NCBI RefSeq assembly: GCF_006345805.1 | Contig: NC_043006.1 | Span: 103,540,001 to 103,604,000 of the forward strand | From: Octopus sinensis | Taxonomy: Eukaryota | DNA: 64,000 nt | Direction of reading: 5' to 3' | Shown: positions 1 through 14,897 of the stretch, one piece after another | Position numbering within the stretch: the first letter of the stretch is position 1 | How the letters are laid out: each line of letters begins with the position of its first letter | Program-made: the position numbers and the translations under genes | Notes under the pieces: model-generated | Database searches by the model: none | Told to the model about the DNA's origin: nothing | Seen by the model: the letters and a program-made list of their open reading frames with translations, nothing else

Positions 1-764
1 TGTGTTTGTAGATCAATCTGTACCAAATTTGGCACGAAGGTTTTTCATTACTCGGGAAAGGTTCTAGGGGTGGAGGTCAAATTATGGCTTTACTTTTTCT
101 TCTCAGTCTGCGTGGGAAAATACGGAGATTAAGAGTATGGGAAAAAATTATAAAAAATTTTCTATAATGAACACTAAAATCGATCTACACATCCCTCGCC
201 ACCCCATCCCGTTGTATAAAAATTCAAAATGAACTGCAAAAATTAACAGCTAAATGTCTGGAAATTTTCTGTGTCGGTGTGTGCGCGCGCAGCAATTTCT
301 GCAGCTTATGCGAATGAACAGAGAAAGTAAGCAGAAATATGCTTTACATACCTGTCATATACGTCGGTTTTGGTTTTTGGTTTTTCGCTTTAAAGGACAA
401 CATTTCTCATAGAAACAAACACGATATTGAATAAGTCTCTGTCATACGTCTACGACCCAACATTCTTTTCTTTTTAAGTAAAGATAAAAACGCTTTTTAA
501 TTGTGATGGTGAAACAAGGGGTTCGGTCCTTACCGCCAAAATTAATTTCTCTTGCAAAAGAGAGTGTGATATTTTCTCTCGTTTTTAATATTTAATAGAA
601 GAGATAATATGGAGAATTGAAAACAGGGCAAATAAAGATACCTCACTCTCTCTCTCTGTATCTCTCTCTTTCTCTCTCTCTCTCTCTCACACATACATAT
701 CAAAAAGTTGTATGTATATGTATTTATGTATGTACGTATATATGAAAGATAGTGTTTGCGTGTG

Positions 765-800
<36 letters not shown>

Positions 801-1271
801 CTACTTACATATACTTGACAATACACACCTTCACTCACTCACTCACTCACTCACTCACCCACTCACTCACTCACTCACTCACTCTATCACTCTCTCACTC
901 ACTCACTCTTTCTCTCCCTCTCTCTCTCTCTCTCTCTCTCACACACATGTGGTAACCACCCAGAAAGCCAGGTCTGTGAGTATCACGTAAGGCTAAAGAT
1001 GGGAGCGACGACCTCCCTTGCAGATGCTATCTGTGTGTCGATAGCCAGCTGGAGAAGATGTTTTCCTGGGGCTACAACAACAGTAACATCGTCTTTTGTA
1101 CGATTACCACATTCAGTTCGCATAGAAACTTTAATATTCGCTAATGTTGCTGAATATCTCGTTCAGAGAGTTGAAACAAGTTATTTCCCGCCCCCCCCTC
1201 TTTCTCTCTTTCTCTCCTTATATATATGTGTTAGTGTGTGTCTATGTATACAAGGCTATGTGTGATTGTGC

Positions 1272-2705
<1,434 letters not shown>

Positions 2706-2850
2706 ATATATATAATATATATATATATGTACAGTCACACGCAGCCTTTTATACACACACACACACATGTATCTTCGTCTGACCGTATAAACATGCGTAG
2801 GTACTAATTTATAGAGCATACATCTGTGTGTATGTGAGAGTGTGCGTGTG

Positions 2851-2917
<67 letters not shown>

Positions 2918-2918
<1 letters not shown>

Positions 2919-2990
2919 AAGTTAATCCAGACAAGAAAGCACAAAAACACAAAACAACGCGAGGACGTGGAACAAATATAGTATTATTAT
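2918..2990 (-). mobile_element. Short terminal fragment of the PLE-like family seen at 5316-5510
   Basis: AAGTTAATCC..AAGAAAG..CAACGCGAGGACGTGGAA..TATAGTATTATT is shared with 5314-5383; flanked by (AT)n. Confidence 0.6.
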
Positions 2991-3586
2991 TATATATATA
3001 TATATATACATACATATATATATATGCCCACGCCCACTCGCACTCACACATACACACACCAGTATATGGTTGTGTGTGTGTATACCTGTACACGTTGCAT
3101 TCGAAAAAATATATTTTATGTATCCAAAATGCCTGAGGGTTGTAATAAAAAAAAAGCAATAACAAGTGGTAATAAATTATGTCAGACCAATATTGAATGA
3201 GTTTGCTACAAAAAGAAAATAGGAAGAGGGAGACGAAGAGGAGAATAGAATTGTAAACAGATATAAGAGACAAGCAAATACAAACGCACTCACACAGGCA
3301 GACAAACACACACACACTCTCACATACACACAGATGTATGCTCTATAAATTGGTACCTACGCATGTTTATACAGTCAGAGAAAGATACATGTCGTACATA
3401 GGAATCTTTACATATTTGTGCGTGTGTGTATCCGTGTGTGTACGTATGTATATATGAAACATATGCATATCTATATACGATGACTATATATATATATATA
3501 TGTGCATCGTATAGATATGCATATGCATTATATATACATGCGTACAACGGACTTCTCCCACAAAGGATGTTTCCGGTCACTTTTGC

Positions 3587-3636
<50 letters not shown>

Positions 3637-3699
3637 AAAGTGACCGGAAACATCCTTTGTGGGAGAAGACCATTATAATACGGGCTTCCGCCGCTAGTA

Positions 3700-4503
3700 G
3701 AAGCAACTTGATGCAACCCTCAGGCATCAATCTGCCGACGGACGCTGTCGTCTAAGGTCGTCCTGCCACGTGATGCATCATTGTTTTGTAGTGCTTCTCC
3801 GTTTTTCATCGATTTTTGCGATGGCTAAAACAAAGGAACAGCGTGCTTCCGTGGAATTCTGTTTTCTACTGGAGAAAACGGCGACCGAAACAGTTGGCAT
3901 GCATCAAACAGCTCAGAAGGCCGCTGCCATGAGAAAAACACAAGTTTAAGAATGGCTTTCACGCTTTAGTAATGATTATCTATCACTTGAAGACCGACCT
4001 TGTTCAGGGTGACCGTCGAACGAATAAAAATATGAAAATTCATGAACTGATAGTGGAGGACCTGTCACTGAAAAATTGACGAACGTGTTGCTATGATGAG
4101 CGTGTTTTGGAGCCCCTGCCAACGAAGTCTGAGCGAGGAATTACGAATGAAAAGAGCCGCAGCAAAATTTGTGCCTCGCTTGTTCACAGGACATCAAAAG
4201 CAGTCACGACTGGATGCGTGTCGTAAACGGAAAGAACAGTTGAAAGTTGATCCGGATCTTTTTTCGGAAGTCATCACTGGTGATGAAAGCTGATTCTAAG
4301 GAATTTGCAGATGTGGAAGGGGTGAAGAAAGAAATGACGGAGACGTTGAAAGGCAGCACTGCTTCGAACAGGGGAAAACGCGTTAGCACAGATGCATTGC
4401 TTCAAATGGAGAATATTTCAGAGCCAATAAAAGTGTAAGCATGTGAAACGAATTGAATGAAATAACATAGCAAAATTCCGGGTCTTGGGGGTATCCACAC
4501 GTA
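3700..4503 (+). mobile_element. Decayed, internally deleted mariner transposon
   Basis: ATG at 3821: MAKTKEQRASVEFCFLLEKTATETV..EWLSRF..LEDRPCSG*PS; then AAKFVPRL..ITGDES (first catalytic D) and C-terminal RCIASNGEYF; stops and frameshifts. Left boundary approximate. Confidence 0.85.
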
Positions 4504-4692
4504 TTTGCGTTATTTTTGCACATAGATATAAGTATCCTAAAATGCTAATTTACAAATGTAGACACGCAAAATCTTATACTTATATTTAAATATATTTGGA
4601 TCTGAGCAGAAGCATCGTTAAAAGTGGAAGCAGTTGCAATGCAAGCAGTAGGTCATATACATATACAGTTTAACAGTACACATATTGGAATG

Positions 4693-4740
<48 letters not shown>

Positions 4741-4742
<2 letters not shown>

Positions 4743-5126
4743 CTCAAAATAAGCAACAAGGATATCCAAAGCTAGTGTAGTACAATTTTTTTATTGACGA
4801 AATAGATAAAAACATGTTTTTATTGACGATATTCACCTCTCTGTCTATATACCTACCATCGTTGTAATGTTGGCAAATGGAATAAGTATAAAGATGAACA
4901 TTGTCGATTTAATTTTAAAAATTCCATATGTGGCTGAAGAGTGCTCTACATTTTAAAACTGATGTAATACTTACATTGTTTAATTAAATGAAGTAGCATG
5001 AAACGTTTGTACTACACTACCTTTTGATATCCTTGTTGCTTATTTTGATTATAATCACCCCATTTGATTTATATGGATAATACTATACCAAAATTCTGGT
5101 GCCTTTAACTTAAGTACCATATTAAT
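4741..5126 (+). mobile_element. PLE-like terminal remnant with 45-bp inverted repeat (4741-4785 / 5007-5051) in (AT)n
   Basis: Inverted duplication visible directly; contains a hammerhead core; (AT)n on both sides. Confidence 0.65.
4929..5016 (+). ncRNA. Type-I hammerhead-like motif with long stem II
   Basis: UGUGG-CUGAAGA-GUGCU..(~50 nt)..AGCAU-GAAAC-GUUU-GUA-CUACA; stem I UGUGG/CUACA, stem II base GUGCU/AGCAU. Confidence 0.6.
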
Positions 5127-5211
5127 CTAAATTTTTGCTGAACTTATATATATAAATATACATACATACATACACACACACACACATATATATATATATA
5201 CACATATATAT

Positions 5212-5289
<78 letters not shown>

Positions 5290-5313
5290 ATATATATATA
5301 TATATATGTTATG

Positions 5314-5510
5314 AAGTTAATCCAACCAAGAAAGTACAAAAAAACACAACAACGCGAGGACGTGGAAGAAGTATAGTATTATTGGACGCTCAGGAAAGAG
5401 GGAAAGAAGGAGGGTTTAACGTTTCGAGCGGAGCTCTTCGTCGGAAACATAGGAGAAGGAAAGATCCAGAAAAGGGAAGACAGAGGAAAAAAAATCGCCA
5501 ACGGTACACA
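5314..5510 (-). mobile_element. PLE-like terminal remnant with minimal hammerhead-like motif (5414-5448)
   Basis: Minus strand GUUU-CCGACGA-A-GAGCuccGCUC-GAAAC-GUU-AAAC; abuts (AT)n. Confidence 0.6.
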
Positions 5511-6708
5511 TTCGGTCTCTGCACCAATTCCGGTTGAAAATATACGTAATATTTTCGGTTTTAAACATTGAAGAACCATTTTTCCAGACCAGCATCAAAG
5601 GTTACATCGTAAGAATACAGCTTTAGAGCAGATGTGAAAAAGTACTATTCTTACGTTAAAAACTGTTGTGTTTTGGCTAAAGACTTCTACTTGTACTAGG
5701 CGGAGTGCCTACTACACTGTTTCGTCTGGTGTTATTTCGATGTTCTTGTATATACTTTTGTAGACAATCTTTTTCTCTTTACACATTCTTCTAGTGCGAG
5801 CGTCCGTTTAGTATTTAGCAGAATGAATACAAAATATGTTTCGTAGACAAGTGAAGAGACAACCTGAGTGAAATTTAGTTAATGCATTTCTTCAAGCAAA
5901 TAAGTTGCTTACAGGGGCAATGCATATCGTCATTGGGTTTTACGAATTGGATGTTAGAAAGGACTCTACCAAAGAATTAATAATGTTAAGCGTTAGATGA
6001 ATTGTATTTAGTGGGACTAAACACTTAACGGACAATAGATTTCTCTCTCTACCAGTAAGTGGAATGTTACATGTTATGAAATGCCAGACAGATCCCATAT
6101 TTATAATGACCACACTTGAAGTGGGACAATTTGGTCCTGAATATATTTATTTAAATTAAACCCCATGATTTCACTAATTTCAACAATATCATAAACTTCC
6201 CAACAGAGATCGTAGAAAGTTTTCAAAAATGGTTTCCTTCAATATATGTGCAATTAGAACAACTTATATTGCATTGTGCCAAACGACGTTGTCGGTAACT
6301 GATACATCCTAATCAAAAGCGTCGAACATTATAAGGATGATGGAAGCAAGAGCATTTTTGGCAAAAAGAAATTCTACTTTGGGAAGTAAGCCGTGTACTC
6401 AAGAAAGATTAATAAAAGATTAACGACCGTGCAGCTGAAAGCTATGCAGTTATCTCAGCGAATAAATTTCATACTTAAATGACATTCAGAACATGTTTCT
6501 TATTGTCATACAATACTTAACGGTTAATAATATTTCACATTAATCTCTTATCCTAATAGATAATATTAATTACGATTTGGAAAACTATACTCAATTAATT
6601 TTAAAACTTTAATTCCACCTTAATCAGCATTTGTACCGATTTACTCTCGACATTTTAACCCTTCACGAATACACACTCATGCACACACATATGCACGTAT
6701 ATAGATAA

Positions 6709-6743
<35 letters not shown>

Positions 6744-7049
6744 AATATATATATGCAAATATATATGTATGTATATCTGTCTGTATATCTGTCTGTATGT
6801 ATGTATGTATGTGTGTGTGTCTATGTGTGTGTGTGTTTTTATGAGAAGTTCTACATAAAAAAATTATTTAACGTTAAACCTAAGGATTACCTATTAGTTT
6901 TTAGTAGAGTATATCATTACAAAACTTTTCCAATGAAATATTTGACATTTAACTTAAATAAATGCATATACACACACGTTTACATACATATACATATACA
7001 TATACATACATTCATACATACATACGTATATATATAGACATATATATAT

Positions 7050-7232
7050 AAAGGGAAAGTTTACGAAAATAAACAAAAGACGAAGGCAGGTGGTGTACAA
7101 AACAAACAGATGTATTAGTATAACGCTCAGGAATAGAAAAAGTTTTTTACGTTTCGAGCTCACGCTCTTCTACAGAAAGATACACAGAAAAAACAAGGAG
7201 AGAAAAAAATGTGTGTAGTAGCTAACGATCTG
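7050..7232 (-). mobile_element. PLE-like terminal remnant with minimal hammerhead-like motif (7142-7180)
   Basis: Minus strand UCUUU-CUGUAGA-A-GAGCgugaGCUC-GAAAC-GUA-AAAAA; architecture parallels 5314-5510; flanked by microsatellites. Confidence 0.55.
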
Positions 7233-7234
7233 TC

Positions 7235-7324
<90 letters not shown>

Positions 7325-8170
7325 TATATATATATATATACGTGTATGTCTCTGTGTGTATGTATGCATTGCAAATATATATACGGTGTCATGGTCTTAT
7401 TTAATTCCAGAATTGTTAGTTTAGATTAAATATTCGAGGATACACACACACAAACAAAGACACACACAAATACAGACACACACAAACACAAACACACACA
7501 CACACACACACACACACCGGTATGCCCACACTAACCAACGCCATTATATTTTTGCAGTTGTACTCATCTGTATGCATACATGCATCACACTACCACACAA
7601 ACTCCACTCTTTCTTATGCACTCTTCCAGACACGGACACACATTATACACACGACCCTAGGACATGATTACAACCTGGTTTCTAACATTTCCTAGGCTCC
7701 CATCTTCCAAACTGTCCATAACATCTCCTAGGATTCCCTATTTCCTTTTTTTTCTGACGGGTGACAAACATCCCAAACGTTAAGCCACTCCCTATTTCCA
7801 GTGACCTATTAAATTTATATCCTATAGTTTAAATACCGATATCTCTTTTATAGCATTAAATAATTATCACGTTTCTCTCATTCTTATGTCTTATTTATCA
7901 ATGTTACATTAACATTACTATGCATAATATTTCTTCCTGCTTCTAAAGCTATCGAGAAATATATATTCATGCATTACAAACATATTAATATACATGTATC
8001 TGCCTAGTTTTGTATATTATATGCGTGAACATATTTAACAATGAGCATTCGTATACATTGTATACATTTTAGCATGCATAAATATTTTCAATATATTAGT
8101 GTAACTATGTCAATGTTAATTAATATACACGTATATTTTATTTCAAGCGTATGTGCGTGCATCTATACTT

Positions 8171-8207
<37 letters not shown>

Positions 8208-8215
8208 TATATATA

Positions 8216-8249
<34 letters not shown>

Positions 8250-8253
<4 letters not shown>

Positions 8254-8429
8254 ATCAATATAAGGGTAACAAAAAATTCAAGAAAAATTTTCTGTCACCA
8301 GCGGTCAAGTGAGAAAATAGAAATAGTCACAGACTATATGATACATTCAACAAAATATTAAGGAATGACCCTGAGAACGACCTTCTCTTGAGTCGAACGA
8401 CCTTCTCAGGGTCATTCCTTAATATTTTG

Positions 8430-8431
<2 letters not shown>
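8250..8431. mobile_element. PLE-like terminal fragment with 29-bp inverted repeat (8349-8377 / 8403-8431) in (AT)n
   Basis: AACAAAATATTAAGGAATGACCCTGAGAA and its reverse complement; spacer has duplicated GAACGACCTTCTC. Confidence 0.5.
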
Positions 8432-8494
<63 letters not shown>

Positions 8495-8658
8495 ATGATT
8501 GTATGTATGTGTTTGCATTGGCGTGTCTGTGTGCTTCTGTGACTGAAGGCTAATCGTTTTTAAATTTTATACTATAAAGTTGATTCCAATCCAACTTCTT
8601 TGTACATGTTAGAAATTCCGTCATTTTTCTGCTAAGTTTACAGTAATATGCTCTTATG

Positions 8659-8691
<33 letters not shown>

Positions 8692-9199
8692 GTATGTATG
8701 TATGTCTGTCTGTCTGTTTGTCTGTCTGTATGTATGTATGTATGTATGTATGTACGTATGTATGTATATATGCATGTTCGTATGTAGATATATAGAGATA
8801 AGTAATATACATACATACATACATATATATGTATATATACATCTTATGTAGTCGAGTATTACTTCAATGGTTATTGACGGTTAGAGAGTTACCATTTGTT
8901 GCATGTTAATTATTGCACTTGGTGTTGCATGTTTATTATTGCACGCGGTGCAACAGACTTTACCAAATAGACTTAAAAATACAGTTTTAGTTAGTTTGGA
9001 AATAGAAGAAATACTCTGACCAAAAGACATCCTCGAAACGAAATTATCCATCCTGGGAATGACAAAATTACCTATATTTGAACGGTTCCAGCTTTGTCGG
9101 AAATGAATAAGTCTAAGTACGTTTTTTTATTCCCTTGTCTGCAAACAGGGCACACCAGACCACGTTACCAAAACAAGTGTTGTAGCATGGGATCACCGA

Positions 9200-9460
9200 C
9201 TATAAATATTATTTTTTAAATTCGAGAAAGCACTCGAATCCTTAGGGTTATTTTCTTCTCGGCCAAGCACAGTTTGCACCGCCTGCTTCTGTTGACACAA
9301 GGCCAACGTTGTCGCCACTTCTTTTAAATGCCATATATCACTGGCTAATGTCGTAACATTGCATCTCTCTGGATCATATAAAAGGACTTGCGCTTATTTA
9401 ATCTGGTCATAAAAGGGTCCTCTGTTGCTCCAGCGTGTTTCCACGTGCGTCGTAACATTG
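9200..9460 (-). pseudogene. Decayed Penelope-like GIY-YIG endonuclease C-terminal fragment
   Basis: Minus-strand frameshifted translation GATEDPFMTRLNKRKSF / TTLASDIWHLKE / RRCKLCLAEKKI matches the PLE pattern G.TE..FK.R..H..SF..T.LS..IW.LK..C.LCL.EK. Confidence 0.7.
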
Positions 9461-9796
9461 TTGGAGTTGCTGCTGCTATTGTTTCTGTTACTGCTGCTGT
9501 TGTTGCTGCTGCTGCTCATCTCCATCTGCTTCATAGACTACGACTTCCTTGTTGTATCGATTCCCTGTTAACCTTACATGAGCATAGTACCTCTCTCCGG
9601 GGCTTGGAGGTAATCATTAATATAATTTTTGCTCTAGGTGCAGCGCTGAATGAGGCCATTAGGATTTTATCCTCATGATCTCCAACGCGGTTGACTATTC
9701 AGCAACATATCCGGCTGCTCCCGAGAAAAGGAAACGAAGATATCGCCGAATTTAGCACGAACAGCATGTATTTTACGTTTACATATACATACATTC

Positions 9797-9856
<60 letters not shown>

Positions 9857-10109
9857 TAGAGACAAAACCACTATTATGCAAATCAAACAAAGAAAGACTT
9901 AAGCCAATACATAAAGTAATTTATATAAATTAAAATTTAACAATTATAAATAACCACTACGATCGTTTCGTGTCAGCACATCTTTGAGACATTCTTCAGG
10001 TGGTTTCAACACCTTCTTGGCGAGTTTTAAACTATGAATTTTACTATAAAATTGGATTCAATCCTAAATCTGATTTTTCCCTGTGAATTTGGATTTATTC
10101 CCTAATATT

Positions 10110-10112
<3 letters not shown>
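9857..10112 (-). mobile_element. PLE-like terminal remnant in (AT)n
   Basis: Unique ~255-bp insert between two (AT)n tracts containing a canonical hammerhead core. Confidence 0.65.
9952..10005 (-). ncRNA. Type-I hammerhead ribozyme
   Basis: AACCAC-CUGAAGA-A-UGUC..GACA-C-GAAAC-GAUC-GUA-GUGGUU: 6-bp stem I, stem II UGUC/GACA, palindromic stem III, GUA cleavage triplet. Confidence 0.75.
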
Positions 10113-10181
<69 letters not shown>

Positions 10182-11576
10182 GCATACATACATTCGGTCA
10201 TACATACATATATACATATACATATATAGGCATGTATCCTGAAATGTAAGGTAGATTTTACATGTATGAATAGCAATTGAAAAAACAAACTTTTGAAATA
10301 GTTTTACGTTCGGAACTCGATCGATTTGATTAGTATATTAATGAACGATAAGACTGTAATGGCTGACGGGAAATCAGTAACTTACTCAAGATCCACAAAT
10401 GTGATTACGTTTAAATACAAACTGCACAGAACACGGTTAGTTTCTCCGAATTCTGTACGACTAGTTATTCACATGTTCGTATAGCAAACCTTATCGTAGC
10501 CATTTAAGAAAACTGATTGATAAAATGAATAGCAGTTCGAAATAAGGACTGTAGTTGATATCATTGAGAGACTCTTGGAATGAATGCCTTCGTACAATGC
10601 CAAAAATTAATAGAATAAAATTTTAAAAAATGAAGAACTCGCAATGTTATAAGTGTGTTCAAAAGTGTTTTCCAGCCATATGGTTTCTGTTTCATTTCTG
10701 CAGCGTTGTACCTTGAATCTAGTTTCTTCTTTTGCACCAAAGCGTTCAGTCTAGTGAGTTAATATGGTAGACTGAAATTGAAATTCCACCGCCTTGTATG
10801 TGTGTGTGTGTGTACGTGTGTACGGCGGTACGTCTGTTTGTGTATGAATGTGTACGTGTATTGATATTGTATGACAATTATAAACAGACCTCGTCGTCTT
10901 GCAAGGAAAGTCTTTTATTTTTCAATCTTCCTTAGCAACATGTCCCACCATGGGGGAAAAGATTACTTTGCTTGGAAAATTGTAAGGATTCCGGATAAGA
11001 AGGATGCTCAATTATAAAATGTGTATGTATGTGTGTGTGTCTAAGAGGGAATGGGAGGGAGGCAAAGAGGGAGAGGGAGAGAGAGATAGAAAGAGAGAGA
11101 GAGACAGAGAGAGAGAGACAGAGAGAGAAGGACAAAAAGCCGAAGACAGAAACAGAAAATATAGTTGTTCGCATACTCAGAAACATATCTTTGTCATCTT
11201 TTCTCTCTGAGTGTGGATGTATATGTATGTTTATGTGTATGAGTGTATGTGTGTGGGTGCATATGTTATATTATAATATAACTTATGTACCCACACACAC
11301 ATCGTCGATTCTTCCATGGAAATGAGTTCTCCAACGTCACTGAAATCTGGTAGGAACAAGAAGATTAATATTGATTGTTAGTCTTATGTTTGAATGTAAT
11401 TATATTAATCTTTGAAATTTATAATTGAAGCTTCAAGAAGGATGTATATATGTATGCACGCATGTATGCATGTATGTATGTATGTATGTATGTATGTATG
11501 TATGTATGTATCTATGTATCTATGTATGTATGCATATCTGTGAGCGTGTGTGTTTGAGTCTATGTATATATATATA

Positions 11577-11626
<50 letters not shown>

Positions 11627-12239
11627 CTGAATCTAAGTGTATATAAATACAGGCACACGCAAATAAACACTCATATATATATGTATATATATATATGTGT
11701 GTTTGTGTGTATGTATGTATATATATATATATATATAATGTATGTGCGTATATATATGTGTATATGTCGTATGTTTACATATGCAGCCCCCATATATATA
11801 TATATATATACATATGTTTGTGTGTATGTATGTATGTATATATATATATATATATATACATATATAATGTATGTGCATATATATATATGTGTATATGTCA
11901 TATATATACATATGCACTCCCCATATATATATATATATACATACACACATACACAAATATATACATAGACCAAAATACATATATGTACGTACTTGTATGG
12001 ATATAATATACAATACCGTGCGCGCGCACCACGTACAAGAGTGTTTGTCGAGATGAAGCAAAGATTAAACGAATAAATATGCTCCAAAATATATGACTTA
12101 TTTAATAATAATTGTACTATGTTGGCGAAAGAATATTATCTCTATCATTATTTTAATGAAGTTGCTCGTTATCCTATATGGAGCTCTAACGAATCTGCGT
12201 CTGTTAAGGACAGAAAATGTACAATATAAGATATTCAGA

Positions 12240-12602
12240 GAATGATCTCTGGCTTTGTGGTAAGAAGTTTGCTTCCCAACCATCTGATTCTGCATGGCAC
12301 CATGGCCAAATTTCTTCTACTATTTCTATACTACCCACAAGGAGCTAAACACAGAGAGGACAAACAAGGACAGACAAACGGATTAACTCGATTACATCGA
12401 CCACAGTGCGTGACTGGTACCTAATTTATCGACCCCGAAAGGATGAAAGGCAAAGTCGACCTCGGCGGAATTTGAACTCTGAACGTAACGCCAGACGAAA
12501 TTCGGCTACGCATTTCGCCCGGCCTGCTAACGTTTCTGCCAGCTCACCGCCTTCAAAGCTCTGTGAGTGGATTTCGTAGATAGAAACTGAAAGAAACTTG
12601 TC
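12240..12602 (+). mobile_element. Decayed SINE family A copy interrupted by a family B SINE
   Basis: GGCTTTGTGGTAAGAAGTTTGCTTCCCAACC head; resumes at 12555 with TGTGAGTGGATTT..GAAACTGAAAGAA as in 18520-18915. Confidence 0.7.
12323..12553 (-). mobile_element. tRNA-derived SINE family B (Meta-domain-like core)
   Basis: Minus head GGCGGTGAGCTGGCAG; central GTCGACTTTGCCTTTCATCCTTTCGGGGTCGATAAATT..TACCAG; many copies in the window. Confidence 0.85.
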
Positions 12603-12659
12603 ATATATATATATATATATGCGTGTGGTGGGTGGATATATATTTGTGATCGCTCCATC

Positions 12660-13273
12660 ACATCAGACTTCAAAGGCTATGCATTTGCAATCCAAGAACA
12701 AGATATAGCTACTAAATAACTAGTCAATAAAAGAGATAAGAGGAATTCTAATATACAACCATAAATGTAGATTATGTCCTATTTCTGTGGAAGACATCAA
12801 GCATGTGGTTAGCAGCTGCCCAAAAATGTCATCAAAGTTCAACTGTCCTGTGCGCCATGACGCTGCCATAAAAACAATACACAACGTCATTCGAAAGAAA
12901 GGCAGTCCTGGGATAAATATAGAGATTCCCCCTGTTATTGAATAGGTATACAAATATCAGCATAATGGATGCTGATAGAACATTCCCCTCTGTTAAGTGT
13001 AAGCATAACATGCAGGATATTGTGGTTTGGGAGAGACAAGAAAAAGTATGTACCGTCATGGAGGTCAGGTATCCAGCTGATGTGAATATCTCTTAGAAAA
13101 TCAAAAAGAAAAAAGAGAACTATGGACAACTGCTTCAAAACCTCCTGCTTTTATATCCGGATCACAAATTTACACATTATATCAGTAATAATTGGAGCAC
13201 ATGGTTCTATAAGTTTGAATAAGTCTGGTTTACCTATACAATCTGCAAGGGAATGTCTCAGGTTTAAAATGTG
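12660..13273 (+). mobile_element. 3' fragment of an RLE-type non-LTR retrotransposon (R4/Dong-like)
   Basis: GYAFAIQEQDIATK; CRLC..EDIKHVVSSC (CCHC knuckle); RHD; KHNMQDIVVW..MEVRYP..KKENY (restriction-like endonuclease motifs); stops present. Confidence 0.8.
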
Positions 13274-14409
13274 ACGATGTTTTCGTTATCTATATTCCAA
13301 AGATGAAGATTTGCATCTTTATTAGAAATAAGCTCGTTCTTAATAGAAATAAACTAAATGATTAAATACAGAAGAGTCATACATACAAACAAACATACCT
13401 ACAGACAAACAGACTGACGGACGGACATATATACATACACACGTACATACATACATACATACATACATACATACATACATACATACATACATACATACAT
13501 ACATACATTCATATATTCTCCACCGTTATACATCACCAAGGAAATGGAAGAGTTTTACGATGTTTATTCAATATTATCACCATAATACATGCAGTGGTGT
13601 AGTTGATTAGCTTTGTGGGAAGATCTAAATATGGCGCTGTAGTTCGCCTTTTGCTATATAAAATACAGTAAACGAAAATAAGTCAGAATTATAAATTTTC
13701 TAGTCTCTTATACTGCGTCTGTATCGATTTGAAAATATGAAAACAATGATTGTATTATTGAGAATCAAATGTAGGATTGGCAATTTGAAATCACTGGAAG
13801 ATTATCTGTAAGATATTATGTAATTGAAGTAGCATAGCCAAGTCATGGATCTCGTTCCGGATATATCTGGTTTCTATTTAATGCAGAAATTGTGAAAATA
13901 ACTTCGGTAAATCTCTAAAGAACCATATTTGAGATTCTGTAAAAGGTGCACCCTTTTCTCTTAGCATCGGCAACCGTTTAGTATACAATTTTACTCCGAA
14001 CCGTGAAGGAGAAAGAAAGCGAAGGCATTATTTAAATAAAAAGATAGACTGGAAATTAAGTATTTCTCAACTAGATTTCTAATAATGCAAACGCCTAAAC
14101 AAGCTTCCTTTTCAGTATCCTCGAATAATATATTAGATGTCGATAATTATAAACGTAACTATGCGATTAGTGAGTTTGCGTTGCATTGACGTAAATCTCG
14201 TTTTCGTCCCGTATCATGGTTCTCTTTGAATGAGTCTTCTACGATAGCGTCAGGTTGGCAAATACTCCCTGAGCGAAATTTGGGAGACGGAAAATGTGAA
14301 GAAACCCATCATATATATATATGTATATATGTGTGTGTGTGTGCGTGTGTATGTTTGTGTGTGCGCGGGCGCGTGTATATATATGTGTGTGTGTGTCTGT
14401 ATATATGTG

Positions 14410-14441
<32 letters not shown>

Positions 14442-14499
14442 TGTATGTATGTATGTATGTAGGTAGGTAGATAGGTATGTATGTGTGTACGCGGGGACA

Positions 14500-14700
14500 T
14501 GGAAATAATCGGACTGAATACCCGATCGCGTGGTTAAACCATTGGGAGTGAAGACTCCTAGCCTTTGTTAGGGCATCCTTCTAGGAGAAGGTAACTCAGG
14601 TAACTGGGATAACTCCGACATAAAACCTGCGGCTCAGTGGTTACCGATGATGTTGACTTGTTCTTCTTTTCGGATCATTGCTGCTGTTGCTTAGTGAGTG
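14500..14700 (+). mobile_element. Possible RTE-type LINE 5' region fragment
   Basis: GGGCATCCTTCTAGGAGAAGGTAACTC resembles a motif I recall from RTE 5' regions; no ORF support. Confidence 0.3.
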
Positions 14701-14834
14701 GGATTGACTCAGTGCACAACCTTTCCTCACTTTAAAAATAATCTGCTTACACAGGCATTGCACGATAACAACATTGATTAAGCTTCGCGCAATGGCCATA
14801 CTCGATAACGAGGGGGCAGCCACCATGTGTGTGC

Positions 14835-14897
<63 letters not shown>

